Positions 40,167 through 52,756 of a stretch of 64,000 nucleotides of DNA are shown one piece after another (position 1 is the first letter of the stretch; each line of letters opens with the position of its first letter). Origin of the DNA: Octopus sinensis (lineage: Eukaryota); assembly GCF_006345805.1 (NCBI RefSeq), contig NC_043014.1:44640001-44704000 (forward strand). The letters run 5' to 3'. The notes under the pieces are model-generated. The model was not told where the DNA came from. It saw only the letters and a program-made list of their open reading frames with translations, and did no database searches. The translations under genes and the position numbers were made by a program.

Positions 40167-40313
40167 CTGGTGGTTTGCTGCTGGCTGTTACTGTAGAACC
40201 CAACGCTATGCTTTGTAATTTAAATGTCCAGCAACTATTCATGCAACATGCCATAGTGATAATACCACACCTATCAACTACTGGTACCCGAGTATAACTC
40301 ACTAACCATCCCA
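40167..40313 (-). other. Candidate exon (147 nt)
   Basis: Acceptor gattttctcaactcag, donor CAG/gtaggt; single open frame GWLVSYTRVPVVDRCGIITMACCMNSCWTFKLQSIALGSTVTASSKPP, phase-compatible with 40032-40082 across an 84-nt intron. Confidence 0.3.
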
Positions 40314-40451
40314 CTGAGTTGAGAAAATCACAGCAACAGCTTCTCAACAAGCATCATGGAATTTGATTGATAATTTTCAAGGTATAGTTTTTTTTATAAA
40401 AACAGTGTCTTCCATGCTATAAAATATTGTATGTGTATATATATGTGTGTG

Positions 40452-40700
40452 TGGAGGTGCGTGGCTTAGTGGTTAGGGTGTCAGCATCATGATTGTAAGA
40501 TTGTGGTTTCGATTCCTGGACTGGGCGACGTGTTGTGTTCTTGAGCAAAACACTTCATTTCACATTGCTCCAGTCCACTCAGCTGGCAAAAATGTGTAAC
40601 GCTGCGATGGACTGGCATCCCATCCAGCTGGGGAACACATACACCATTGAAACTGGGGAAACTGGGTCCATGAGCCTGGCTAGGCTTTAAAAGGGTGCAT
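40452..40700 (+). mobile_element. tRNA-headed SINE, family D
   Basis: ggaggtgcgtggcttagtggttagg, ggtttcgattcc, ttcttgagcaaaacactt, ctgcgatggactggcatcccatccag; tail also on minus strand at ~21250-21330. Confidence 0.75.
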
Positions 40701-41247
40701 TTGTTTTTATTATATATGTAGGCGCGGTCGTGGCTGTGTGGTTAGGGAGCTTGCTTCCTAGCTACATGGTTTCGGGTTCAGTCCCACTGCTTGGCACTTC
40801 GGGTAGGTGTCTTCCACTATAGCCCCGAGTCGACCGAAGCTTTGTGATTGAATCCGGTAGGTGGAAGTTACTGCCGTGTGTGTATGTGTGCATATAGCTG
40901 CTCAGTGCCTCTCCGAAAGAGAGAGAGGGATGTGTGTGTGTGTGTGTGGCTGGTCAAGTTGTGTTCAAATATTTGCTTAAGATAAGTGAGCTAGTTTGCA
41001 CAGCTACTACTTTGGTCAGGTTTTGTCCCTCACAACCAGTGTCTATAGCAATGAACAAGATAAAAGAAGTTAATCTGTTCTTTATTTTATTCAGTCAATC
41101 AATTATGGAATTTATTAATACATGCAATTATAGCATTAGGGAACTGTGATTCTCTGATCTTATTGGAAACATGTGTAAGCTAGAACAAGATGTATAAATA
41201 TCCATTACCTTTGTGACTTTTCTATAATATATATATATATATATTGA

Positions 41248-41481
41248 AGGTGGTGTGCTGGCAGAAACGTTAGCACGCCGGGCGAAATGCGTAGCCCGTA
41301 GCCGTATTTTGTCTGCCATTACGTTCTGCGTTCAAATCCCGCCGAGATCGACTTTGCCTTTCATCCTTTTGGGGTCAATAAATTAAGTACTGTTAAGCAC
41401 TGGGATCGATGTAATCGACTTAATCCGTTTGTCTGTCCTTGTTTGTCCCCTCTGTGTTTAGCCCCTTGTGGGTAGTAAAGA
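41248..41481 (+). mobile_element. SINE family E, full length
   Basis: Matches 24843-25057. Confidence 0.85.
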
Positions 41482-41487
41482 TTATAT

Positions 41488-41519
<32 letters not shown>

Positions 41520-42237
41520 ATATATTATATATATAATATTAGGGAATATAATTCCAAACTTACAGGGAAAAATTCAATTTAGAAATACTAAATCAAATTT
41601 CACACAAAATATAATATATATATATAGAAATTAGAAATTTTTTTCTATATGTTATAATTTTTTCATTGTTGAATTTATAAAAGGTGGGGTTTTTTTCAAA
41701 TTTTATATATATATATATACATATTAGACAATGTTAAATCATTGTAGATTTCATGATGCATTACTTTTGACAAACAATGTAAACTGTAGATTTCATGGTA
41801 AACATAAAAATAGTAAACTTCATTACTCCAACTGTTTCAGTGGAAGCAGTAGTATGGCACTTCCTCATCAACTGGCTATGCATTTAGAACAAAAAGCCAT
41901 TGCAGTCCACTGTAATGCGGTACTGTAAATGAAATTTAATAGAAAATCACTACTCAACAGGATTACAATTTTATAGAATCCCACAAAAGAAATGGTAAGG
42001 ATAACTATGGAAGTTTTACTAATGGCAAAATACAATCCTGAGCTTACTACACAGGTACAACACATGTGAAACAGGTATATCATGTAACATAATCATAGCT
42101 GTCTGTTTAAGAGGTTTGTTTTCCAACCACATGCTTTCAATCCCACAGTCTTATTACTATAGCCCTGAGTTGACCAAAGCCTTGTTGATGAATTTGATAG
42201 ACAGAAATTCAAAGAAGCCCATTGTATGTATGTATGT

Positions 42238-42445
42238 ATCATCATCATCATCATCATCATCATTTAACGTCTGCTTTCCATGCTTGCATGGGTTGGACGG
42301 TTTGACTGAGGACTGGCGAACCAGATGGCTGCACCAGGCTCCAATCTTGATCTGGCAGAGTTTCTACAGCTGGATGCCCTTCCTAATGCCAACCACCCCG
42401 AGAATGTAGTGGGTGCTTTTTACGTGCCACCGGCATGTGGGCCAG
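42238..42445 (-). mobile_element. Family F
   Basis: (atc)n tail and body reverse complement. Confidence 0.8.
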
Positions 42446-42468
42446 TCAGGCGGTATATATATATAATA

Positions 42469-42504
<36 letters not shown>

Positions 42505-43410
42505 TGTATGTATATGTATGTATGTATGGATGGATGTATATATGTATGTATATACGTATGCATGCAATGCACAGTCACACACACACATATATGTCCATTC
42601 AACAAATTCCATCCGACCCATGCAAGCATGGAAAATGGTGACGATTTCATCGAGTGTCAAGTTAATACATTTATTGTGCATGTCCTTAGGCATGTTTTTT
42701 CTTTTTTTTTGTTGTTCTTTTTTCATTTATTTGAATTGACTATTTACTGCACACTCACAACTGATTGTCCACATCCTTCTGACTGATTTGAAGTACATGA
42801 TACATGGATTTCTTGCTCTACCCTTGGATTACAGTACCCTTTAATTCATTCAGAGCATGTTGTTTCTGCACCTATGATTACATATATATATATATATATA
42901 TATAGGGGGAGAGTTTACGAAAAAAACAAAAGACGAAGACAGGTGGTGTACAAAATAAACAGATGTATTAGTATAACGCTTTTACTTTTCGAGCCTATGC
43001 TCTTCTACAGAAAGGGACACAGAAAAATCAAGGAGAGAAACAAGGAGAGAAAAAAATGTATGTAGTGGCTACTGATCTATCATGGCGACAAGCATGTGTA
43101 TATGAGAGTGTATATGTGTGTGTATGAGTGTGTTTGTGTTGACTTTTCTTGACATCACACAATAGTTGCAAATGAATGACAAGGTCTTAATCAGGCAAGA
43201 GAAGCTATTACCTTGCATGGAAATAGGTGAAGATTGGAGACAGGAAAGGCATCCTGCAACTTCTACCTCTTAATCTCTTAATTCCGCCTGAAAAAGTGGA
43301 CTTTAAAATGATGAATTATATATATAATATATATATTATATATATATATATAGGTTATGAGATGTAATGGTGTCAAAAAGACTCAAAGGTGTGAGGTAAT
43401 GTTTCGCACC

Positions 43411-43458
43411 ATCTCCGATGAAGGGATATATAAAATCTCTCGGAATCAGCTGTAAGAC
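43411..43458 (+). ncRNA. Degenerate hammerhead-like motif (U4C core, mutated GAAA)
   Basis: TCT-CCGATGA-AGGGAT atataaa ATCTCT-cggaat-CAGCTG-TA-AGA. Confidence 0.4.
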
Positions 43459-43593
43459 CTTCTCTTTATAAATGTTCTGAGATCTTTCGCAGCCTTGGAT
43501 TTTTATCTTATTCTGTTAATGCTATATATATATATATATATATATATTCTTTTAGATGTTTCAGCCCTAAGGCAGTGATATATATATATTAAC

Positions 43594-43808
43594 AAGGCAG
43601 CAAGCTGGCAGAAGCATTAGCATATCAGGCGAAATGCTTAGAATATTTCATCTGGCTTTACATTCTGAGTTCAAATTCCGCCAAGGTCGACTTCACCTTT
43701 CATCCTTTTGGGGTCAATAAATCAGGCACCAGTTGCATACTGGGGTCGATCTAATCAACTGGCCCCCTCCCCAAAAATTTCGGGCCTTCTGCCTAGAGTA
43801 GAAAAGAA
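43594..43808 (+). mobile_element. SINE family E with alternative tail
   Basis: E head and body followed by ctggccccctccccaaaaatttcgggccttctgcctagagtagaaaagaat. Confidence 0.8.
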
Positions 43809-44017
43809 TATATATATATATATATGTATGTATATTAACCTTTGTATCTAAGTTATAGATACAAAGTGCACATTACTGCATGTAATAAGAGGCAATTAAA
43901 ATTACACTTTTCATACACACACATACACTGAACAAAGTGATGGTGATAATCATCACCATGGTTTTCCATGCCTGCATGGGTCAGCTAGAATTTGTTCAAT
44001 GAACTTGTATATAAGTA

Positions 44018-44427
44018 TGTGGCCATGCTGGAGCACCGCCTTTAGTCGAGCAAATCATCATCATCATCATCGTTTAAAGCGGACGTTAAACGATGATGAT
44101 GATGATGATGACTTATTCTTTGTAAGCCTAGTACTTATTCTATCGGTCTCTTTTGCCAAACCGCTAAGTTTCAGGAACGTAAACACACCAGCATCGGTTG
44201 TGAAGCGATGGTGAGGGGACAAACACAGACACACAAACACACACACACATATATATATATACATATATACGACGGGCTTCTTTCAGTTTCCGTCTACCGA
44301 ATCCACTCACAAGGCTTTGGTCGGCCCTAGGTTTAGTAGAAGACACTAGCCCAAGGTGCCACGCAGTGGGACTGAACCCGGAACCATGTGGTTGACAAGC
44401 AAGCTACTTACCACACAGCCATTCCTA
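44018..44427 (-). mobile_element. SINE family A carrying a palindromic family-F tail insertion at 44055-44110
   Basis: caaatc[atcatc..gtttaa agcggacg ttaaacgatgat..g]acttattc. Confidence 0.85.
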
Positions 44428-44458
44428 CATACATATGTATATATATATATATATATAT

Positions 44459-44645
44459 ACCTGTGCCGGTGGCACGTAAAAAGCACCCACTACACTCGCG
44501 GAGTGGTTGGCGTTAGGAAGGGCATCCAGCTGTAGAAACACTGCCAGATCAGACTGGAGCCTGGTGCAGCCTCCTGGCTTCCCAGACCCCGGTCGAACCG
44601 TCCAACCTGTGCTAGCGCGGAAAACGGACGTTAAACGATGATGAT
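44459..44645 (+). mobile_element. Family F, CpG-intact young copy
   Basis: ggcacgtaaaaagcacccactacactcgcggagtgg...cggacgttaaacgatgatgat. Confidence 0.85.
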
Positions 44646-44702
44646 ATATATATATATATATATACATGTATGTATGTATGTATGTGTATGTACATATATA
44701 TA

Positions 44703-44870
44703 TTGGAGGCGCAATGGCCTAGTGGTTAGGGCAGCGGACTTGCGGTCGGAGGATCGCGGTTTCGATTCCCAGACCGGGTGTTGTGTGTGTTTATTGAGCG
44801 AAAAACACCTAAAAGCTCCACGAGGCTCCGGCAGGAGGTGGTGATCCCTGCTGTACTCTTTCACCACTCT
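44703..44870 (+). mobile_element. SINE family B, 5' half, fused to a family A tail fragment
   Basis: tggaggcgcaatggcctagtggttagg...ctgtactctttcaccactct followed by aaaggcggtgctccagcatgg. Confidence 0.8.
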
Positions 44871-45668
44871 AAAGGCGGTGCTCCAGCATGGCCGCAGTCA
44901 GATGACTGAAACAAGTACAAAAAAAAAAAAAAATATATATATATCCATGATGATATATATATATATTTATATATGTATGTATATGCGCGCGTATGCAAGC
45001 AATGCACGGCCATACACTGGCACATGGCTGACAAGGAAATATCCATCTAGCAAATGAATAAATAAATAAATAAACAGATAAATAAATGATCGTCTGCTCC
45101 GTTGCAGAAAATCAGTGCACCAACTCCCCTCTCCTCGCAATAAGATTCATATATCAAACCGGACAATGGAAACTTTGGGATTGATTCACAGTCATTCCGC
45201 ATGTGTGTGAGACTACGAGCGGTGTTAGTACAGATATATATTATATATATATCGATATTATATATAATATATATTATATATATATATATATAATATATAT
45301 CTATATGTCTAAGTCTATAAATACAAGCTTAAAGCACAAATATTTGTGTTTGTTTGTGTTGTTAACGGGATTTATAAATAAATCTATGTATGAACGGCGA
45401 GGAAAAGGGGGAATAGATTTTAGGTAAAATATTTATGGGTTAGTACGTCGATGTCGTTCGTATTGAACATACCAACGATCAAAGGCATTCCACCCGTGAC
45501 TGTCCGTTCTAGGACAGCATCAGTCTTGTTTTATTTTATTTTATTGAAAACAGCAAGGTATGATTTAAAGGAGATTTGGCTTCTATTTTTAGCTAGCTGG
45601 TCGGGGTGAACACTTATAGGGTCCCCTCACTGGCTCTTCGATCAGTATATTTATGATGTATATATATA

Positions 45669-45703
<35 letters not shown>

Positions 45704-47151
45704 AGAGTTATATATTTTATTTATTTTTTATTTTTATTTTTATTTTCATCTAGTTTCAGCTCACAAGCTGTGGCCATGCTGGGGCACCGCCATATATATA
45801 TATATATAGTTATATCCAAAATCAGTTTCTCTTAAGTGTATTGAATATGTATCAGTCGTGTACAGAATGAAGACACCACACGTCTATAAAAAATATATAA
45901 ATATCACATACATTGAATACATAAGCTGTGTGTGTGTGTCTGTGTATGTGTGTGTCTGTGTGTGTGTGTTTCTGTGTGTCTGTGTGAGTGTGTGTGTGTA
46001 TGTATGATGCAACGCGTGTCTGTATGTAATACAGTGTGTCTAATGAAGAAATTACAGCTGACATTCTCGCTGTGTGTTTGCGTATGCTTGCGTATGTATG
46101 TGCGTGCGAGTGTCAGTTTGTCCGTATCTATAAATGAATGGATGGCTGTCAGCTTCAGAAGAAAGAAAGAAGGAAAAAAATAAAGAGAGAGAGAGAGGGG
46201 GGGAGAAGGGAGAGAATTTAAATGAAAAGAAGGGCATAAAAAGAAGAAAGAAGAAAAAAATAAAGCAAAAAAGGTAAAGCAGGAGAGAGAGAGAGAGAGA
46301 GACTTGAATGATGATTTGTAAGAGAAGAAAGAGTGAAAAAGCAGAGATTGCAAATGAAAGGAAGTAATAATAGACACAGAAGGATGATGATAAATGACAT
46401 GAATAGAAAAGAAATCTCTCTCTCTCTTTGTCTCACATATATGTAAGTATTTTGTGTGTGTGTATGCGTGTGTGTGTGTGTGTGGTGTGTGTGTGTGTGT
46501 GTCTGTACACATACAGGCACATATAACATGATTATGTATAATTATATATACGTATATATGTATAAATACATACACATACATACATATATATAATTATATA
46601 TATGTATATATGTATAATTATATATATAAATATATACGTGCAATTATATGTATATATAATTGTGTATATATATATATATATATATAAATATATATATATA
46701 CATATATATATAATATATATAATACATACATGTCATACATACATACATACATACATAACACATGTACGTACGTACATACATACATACATACATACATACA
46801 TACATACATACATACACGTACGTACATATGTACAACAAACAAACAAACAATATACGTAATATATATATATACTATATATTATGTATATCACAGTATGAAT
46901 CTATCTAGCAATCTCGGATAATCTGTGTCTATCATTGTTAGACGAAAATAGAAGTTGGTGTCAGGACAGAAGATGAAGATGAAGATGAAGACAACGAAGG
47001 AAAAAAAAAAGACTATAGAAGACTATATACAAGAAGGAGATAACGGCAATGCTGGTGATGGTGTGTGTTTGTGACAATGGTGGTGATGAAGAACAAAGTG
47101 GTTGGAGTCCTTGCTCACCGTGGTTGTCACTCGAGAAGAAATGGTACTCAC

Positions 47152-47208
47152 GGCCTGGCTCCAGCTTCACCTGACAACTTTTCCATCAATTGTGTAACCT
47201 TGTGAAAT
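47152..47208 (-). other. Candidate exon (57 nt)
   Basis: Acceptor ctttcatttttctgtccaag, donor GCC/gtgagt; one open frame FHKVTQLMEKLSGEAGARP. Confidence 0.3.
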
Positions 47209-48146
47209 CTTGGACAGAAAAATGAAAGCCGAAACGGATAATTCAGGTCAGAGAGAGAGAAAGAGAGGGAGAGAGACAGAGACAGAGAGAGAGAGAGGGG
47301 GGGAGGAGGAATAGAGAAATTGAAAGTAGGAGAGTAGAAAGAGAGGGAGAGACAGAGACAGAGACAGAGAGAGGGGGAGGAGGAATGGAGAAATCGAAAG
47401 TAGGAGAGTAGAGAGAGAGAGAGAAAAGGGGGTTAAGTAAGTATTGGGAAATGTAGAGAGAGAGAGTAAAAGGTATAGACGGAGGGGGAAAAGAAAAACG
47501 AGCGTGGAAGTAAGAGTATTAGAGCAGACAGGGGTGTATGTATATAAGACGCGGATAGAGGAAGAGCAAGAGGGGAGGGAAAAAATCGAACCGATAGAGA
47601 TGGAGATCTGTGAGACAGAAGGGGAGGAGAACACGAGGGAGAAGACGATATCGAGGTAGAGACGTAGAGACAGGGAAAGCGTAATAGTAAGCGAGGAGGG
47701 GGGAGACAGATAGGAAGGGAAAGGTTTTGCAAAGTGAAAGGAATAGAGGGAGGTAGGAAGAGGGGAAATGACTCTAAAGAGAATTAGGTAAGAGGAAAGG
47801 CAGAGAGGAAGGCGATCGAGGTGAGTGTGAGAATTAGATGAAGGGGAGGAGAGTGGAGTGAATACTTGATTAGAGTAAAAGGCGAAGGGGAGTTATGTAG
47901 ATATGTGTATGTTTATAGACGAAAAGAGAAAAGAGAAAGTGAAAGTAGGCTAGAGGAGACAGAGAGAGAGAGAGAAATAGAGAGGAAGAAAGAAAGACTG
48001 ACAGTGGAAAAGAAAGATGTTCTAATAAGAACAATGAAGAAAAATTACAAAAAAGAGGGGAATATAAAAAGTATTAAGGGAAAATAAAGAATAAAATAGA
48101 AAGATATTGAATAAATAGTGAGTAAAACAGAGAAAATGAGTGCAAA

Positions 48147-48183
<37 letters not shown>

Positions 48184-48204
48184 CGTATTATTTATGTGGG
48201 TTCA

Positions 48205-48290
48205 CTGGCTGTGACGTAGGAAACGTTGCTATGCGGTTGCTAACCACCAAATCAACAATGGTTGGTTGCCGTTCGCGCAGTGCTATGGAT
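48205..48290. promoter_or_regulatory. CpG-rich promoter candidate with clustered RFX-like half-sites and a CRE-like site
   Basis: gtgacgtaggaaacgttgctatgcggttgctaacc...ggttgccgttcgcg: TGACGT plus GTTGCTA twice and GTTGCCG, in unique sequence between GA and TG tracts. Confidence 0.4.
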
Positions 48291-48632
48291 ACTGCGCTTT
48301 CTGTCCCGAACACTGATTATATGTGTATGTGTGTGTGTATATGTATTACACTTATGTTTTTATGTGTGTGTGTGTATGTATCCGGATGTGTGAGAGTATA
48401 AATATCGATAATGAAGTGTGTGACTGTATGAAAGAGAGAGAGAGAGAGAGAGAGAGAGCGTGTGTGTGTATGTATGTGTGTTTATAATGTATGTGTATTA
48501 ATTTATTTTTCTCCATACTCATAACAGACACATACACATACATTTATATCATACATACAAACAGAGCAATTAATGTGTAACTATTTGGTCTCCTAACACA
48601 TTCTTGTTTTTCCCCCAATTTCTTACTCTTTT

Positions 48633-48667
<35 letters not shown>

Positions 48668-49030
48668 AAACACATACATGCATAAACGTGTGAGTGTATG
48701 CGTATGTAAGTGCGTACGGATGTATGTATGTATGTATGTATGTATGTATGTATGTATGATGTATGTATGTATGTATGTATGTATGTATGTATGTATGTAT
48801 GTATGTATGTATCTATGTATGTGTGTGCATGCGTGTGGTGTCCAATACAATGCGAGTACATATAAACTAAGTCATTGACATTTCTTGATGTTTCTTTTTT
48901 TTTCTTTTGTTTTACCTGCCTGCATCTTAAGAGAAAATCAACAACCAGTGGTATAGTGGTATGATAACAACGAAATTATTTTATATTAAATCATCTTTTT
49001 TTTTTTACCTGTAGCGGCTTTGATACTCAC

Positions 49031-49073
49031 CTCGTTTTTTTCCTCAATCTCATACACAAATTCTTTGGAAATC
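49031..49073 (-). other. Candidate exon (43 nt)
   Basis: Acceptor gtctttatcaatcag, donor GAG/gtgagt; two open frames (ISKEFVYEIEEKNE or FPKNLCMRLRKKT). Confidence 0.3.
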
Positions 49074-50429
49074 CTGATTGATAAAGACTTTTCTCTCTCT
49101 TTCTCTTTCTCTACACACACACTGTGTTATTGTCTTGATTGTTTATCTCTGCCTCTCTTTTTTTCTCATATTTGTGTGTGCCTGCGTGTGTATGTGTGTG
49201 TATTTATGTGTGCCTGTGTGTGTATGTAACGCGCGCGCGTATGAATGTGCGTAAATTCGGGTTACAGAGAAGATGCAAAAACATTCATTCACAAAAACAC
49301 ATACGCTTGTATGTAAATTTATGTGCGTTTGTAAGTGAATGTGTAGGTGCAACCTTACGCTCGTGCGCCGACAGTAGTACAGAGGAATAAAGGGAGAGGG
49401 ATGAAGAAAGAGGTGAGTGTGAGATGGAGAAAGAGTGAAAGTAGCAACAGAGAGTAGTGGGAGGATTTTGGCGATTACTATAACATTATGAATGAAAATG
49501 TCGGTTTGTGAATATTCGTACATATAATTAATTCTTCAACAGAGGCTGGTTTTCACACCACTATTTTTGATGAAATGTGTAGTTTTTGTATTTGTTACAG
49601 CCGATGTTCTTCCTATAAATGCTGGTACTTCATATCAAATTGTATATTCTGTCTTACCTGGATCTTAAATTGTAAGAATTTCTACAATTTTCGTTTTTCT
49701 TTCGTAGTATGTCAGTGCTGTGTCGCTTTCACGTAAAACCGTAGTAACGAGAGATTGTAAAATTAACCCCAGTTGCTAAACGTAAGACTTGGAATATGAC
49801 ATCTGCCATTAATTCACATGATAGCATTTCTTTGAATTGTCGACAAATCATCATCATTAACATAATCAAGAACTACTGCAGTCACATGTAGTAGCGTGAC
49901 CATTGAGTAAAATGCGTTATCCAATAAGCTCTAGTAATAGTATTTGTAGTAGTTTCATTCATTCATTCATTCATTCGAGAATTCATTCATTCAGTTGTTC
50001 CAAACTATTCATTCATAGGTTTGTTCTTACGATTATAGTTGCAAGTAGGAAAGTATGTGCCCATAGCCTGTCTTAGCCAAATTGCAGTTATGGTGACGGA
50101 GTTGAAGGTGGTGGTGGGTATTGGAAGCGTGGGATGGCTGGATGGAAGTGGAATTAGTGCTGTTAACGTTTCATTTTGAAGAATTGAAGTGTCGATCCAA
50201 TTAATTGATGGAAATACATGGACGGGGAAGGTAGTTCGGATTAAGGAAAACCCAACCACGGGAGTAGCGTTTAAATTAATGAAGAGGGCCTCGTTAAAAC
50301 AAAAGAAGTGCTGTTTTTAATTCTCATTCTTGATGATCTCAGATTATTTTCTCCATGTTGATTAATTAAAGCAAAAAAAAAAAAAAGAAAAGAAAAGAAA
50401 ACGAAAATCCTCTCTTTTGATGTTTAAAC

Positions 50430-50960
50430 ACCAGGTTCTCTCTGATCGAGGCGTTCCAACTGTGACCATCCCATATATTTGAGGGTAGGTAGAGCTACAT
50501 TATTTAATGTCCTTCCATTTTTTTTAAAGACGTTATGGTGTATTTTTAAGGTAAAAATTTAGCTACTATTTCTAGCATGTTGAGTGATCATTAGAAACTT
50601 GTGCTACTTTTGATGTCTGATGTTGTTGTTGTCTAGTGTCAGCAGTGATCGAACAGAAGCGTTCCAACCGTGATCATCTCGAACACTATTCATTATACAC
50701 TGTATCTAGAAACACATTGCCCGACGTGTCCCTCTTTTTGTAGGACGATAGGGTACGATTTTGGGACGACTTGGTTGCTATTTCTGTTTGGTGTTCTTTT
50801 GTTCATCTACTGATCGAAGACGTTCCATTTGTGACCATCCCGCCCTTAGACGGTTATCTAGAACTGCCTTATACAATATACATTTTTAAGACGGTGTTGT
50901 TTGAAGGTGATTTAGCTACTATTTTTAGCAGGTCGAGAACCACGTAGAGGTTCGCTCTTT
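50430..50960. repeat. Three diverged ~190-200-bp tandem units of an unclassified repeat family
   Basis: gcgttccaa.tgtgaccatccc at ~50452, ~50660, ~50820 and tttagctactattt twice; related motifs at ~27270, ~45476, ~53510. Confidence 0.6.
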
Positions 50961-52253
50961 GATATAATATAAAATGGTAAAATACATAAATAATTTTTGC
51001 ATTATAGATCTAATGGTACTCGTGGTTTAGTGTGGTCCATAAACGCACACACAGAGGTACATTAAAGTGCTTCATTGTGCTTTCTTTAAGACATAATTTA
51101 ACATCAATGAATATTTAAATGTCTTGCATATTACACACATATAAATACACGCAAACGCACGTTCACACACACATATGTATGTATGTATGTATGTGTATGT
51201 ATGTATGTATGTATGTATGTATGTATGTATGTATGTATGTGTGTATGTATGTATGTGTGTGTGTATGTATTATGTATGTGTGTATGTATGTATGTATGTG
51301 TGTGTGTATGTATGTATGTGTGTGTATATATGTAAGTATGTATGCGTGTCATTGTTCAGTTTATTTCAAGATTTCTTGCCAATAGACAGAGGTCTTTAAC
51401 CTAGATTCTAGGCTCCTTCATTAGAATTTCAACATCAACAACATGGTATGTATATATGTATGTATGTATGTATATCATTGTTCAGTTTTATTTCAAGATT
51501 TCTTGCCAATAGAGAAAGAGCCGGTTTCGAACCTAGATTCAAGGCTCCTTTGGCATTTCAACATCAACATATATGTATATATGTATGTATGTATATATGT
51601 ATGTATGTATCTATGTATAATCACTAAAAAAGTATCTGTATAAACTCAGTTAGATAGAATTTACTAAAACACTCACTAATAAGGAACACAAATGTTTATA
51701 TACTAACAGTATTAAAGGGGAAGGATGAAAAATCAGTGTGTATGTATTATGTAATAAATAAGACAGTTAAGTGTGTACGTGTGAATATATATATCTGTGT
51801 GTGTGTGAATACCTGGAAGAATAAAGCCTTCAATCAAATTTTAAGGTAGTCATTCATATAAATTAGATAAATTTTATTTTCTGTACACTTCTTTGTATTA
51901 AGTCCTTTTTTCTTTCTTTTTCTTTGTCTTGGATATAACCCGCGAACCGTTCATTATTAGTGCAAGATTCAATGGCATCAACTAATTCTTCCTCCTTAAA
52001 CTGTTGGTCTCATACCCAAATCAAAAATCATTAATTATATTACTATTTGCAGCTCTTGTGGTCAATAAAGAAATTATTACAACCATTTTTATAATATATA
52101 CATAGATATGTATGTGTGTATATTATTTTATCTTTTACTTACTTCAGTCATTAGACTGCGGCCATGTCGAGCACCTCTTAAAGTGTGTATGTATGTATAT
52201 ATATATAATATATATATATATTAATATATATATATATTATATTATATATATAT

Positions 52254-52307
<54 letters not shown>

Positions 52308-52393
52308 CTTAATAACTGATGAAAAATGCCTAGAAGCTTTCAGCTCCGGTATTTGAAACTCAATATCATCACAACTTATTGATTGTCCTATAT

Positions 52394-52457
<64 letters not shown>

Positions 52458-52756
52458 ACACACTCATACATGTATTTCGTTTTTGCTTTTGGTTTGCAAG
52501 ATTCTTTATGTGAATTCGTGTGTTGAAGCATATTTTATTTTGTCTGGAGAGAGTCATTCTCTATTAGTGCCTTATTAATTCAACACACGCACCGGTTCGA
52601 TTTCCACTCATTTCCTTTTTTTAGTTTTTGTAAAATTTTCGTTGCATCTTGCAACCTTTTCATATAGTCGTTAGAAAAAATAAATGAATGGATATCGAAC
52701 CGGTGACTATGTTAAGTATTAAGGCACTAAAAGAGAATGACTCTCCCCGACACAAT

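Noticed and set aside
41841-41994. Plus-strand segment LAMHLEQKAIAVHC and an 18-nt micro-exon-like aatcccacaaaagaaatg
   Set aside because: Weak first donor, ~57-nt intron, phosphatase motif incomplete; insufficient support
44703-44778. tRNA-like sequences (also 28494, 40452, 8995-9074)
   Set aside because: A and B boxes continue directly into SINE bodies; no complete acceptor stem, so SINE heads rather than tRNA genes
46961-47170. KLEPGREYHFFSS resembling the ephrin EF.PG.EYYYIS motif
   Set aside because: In-frame stop shortly upstream, no suitable acceptor in that frame, and no other ephrin-like exons
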